From positions 186,001-250,000 of the forward strand of contig JAYWIR010000039.1 of assembly GCA_036172245.1 (NCBI GenBank): a stretch of 64,000 nucleotides of DNA, in the 5' to 3' direction. Below, piece after piece: positions 63,928 to 64,000 of this stretch. Position 1 is the first letter of the stretch, and every line of letters starts with the position of its first letter. The DNA is from Raillietiella orientalis (Eukaryota). A program made the position numbers and the translations under genes. The notes beneath the pieces are model-generated. The model ran no database searches. It was not told the DNA's origin and saw only the letters and a list, made by a program, of their open reading frames with translations.

Positions 63928-64000
63928 TCACACGCCTGTCGAGAGGCCTCTCGGCGCGAAGATTCGCCGCAGCACGTTTTGGACGGTATCCTCCTGGTGC

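Noticed and set aside
1..64000. CRISPR arrays, rRNA, prokaryotic operons or viral genes
   Set aside because: No regularly spaced repeats or such genes were seen. Spliceosomal introns, microsatellites and LINEs indicate animal nuclear DNA.

Overview
Eukaryotic (metazoan, probably arthropod; this is inference) genomic DNA with two compartments. The AT-rich left part (~1-17 kb) holds six GT-AG coding exons on the minus strand (11892 to 2029). They splice in frame into 263 codons of the N-terminus of a Patj/MPDZ multi-PDZ polarity scaffold (L27 domain plus PDZ1), and the gene runs off the left edge. A degenerate mariner transposase fossil lies ~2 kb upstream. The GC-rich right part (~17.5-64 kb) contains no host gene I can recognise. 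It is a dense cluster of about 15 frameshifted and internally deleted fragments of an L1/Tx1-clade non-LTR retrotransposon family (APE endonuclease, RT, C-terminal CCHC zf-RVT), in both orientations. It also has a possible RTE-like remnant and an AT-rich low-complexity block. Almost all long ORFs in the supplied track for this part are GC-rich noise. Most notable observations: (1) 3' ends of otherwise diverged copies share the terminal motif AATAAA-YGY-CCCGG-N5-CCGGG-TR followed by only a few A's, a candidate cis-acting stem-loop; (2) a ~700-bp ~99% identical inverted pair carries the same frameshifts but is joined to different 5' bodies; (3) a ~1.25-kb ~99% direct repeat is a 3'-truncated LINE head containing a 17-bp perfect hairpin; (4) two LINE tails are fused head-to-head. 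TE domain calls come from by-eye motif reading across frameshifts, so their boundaries are approximate.
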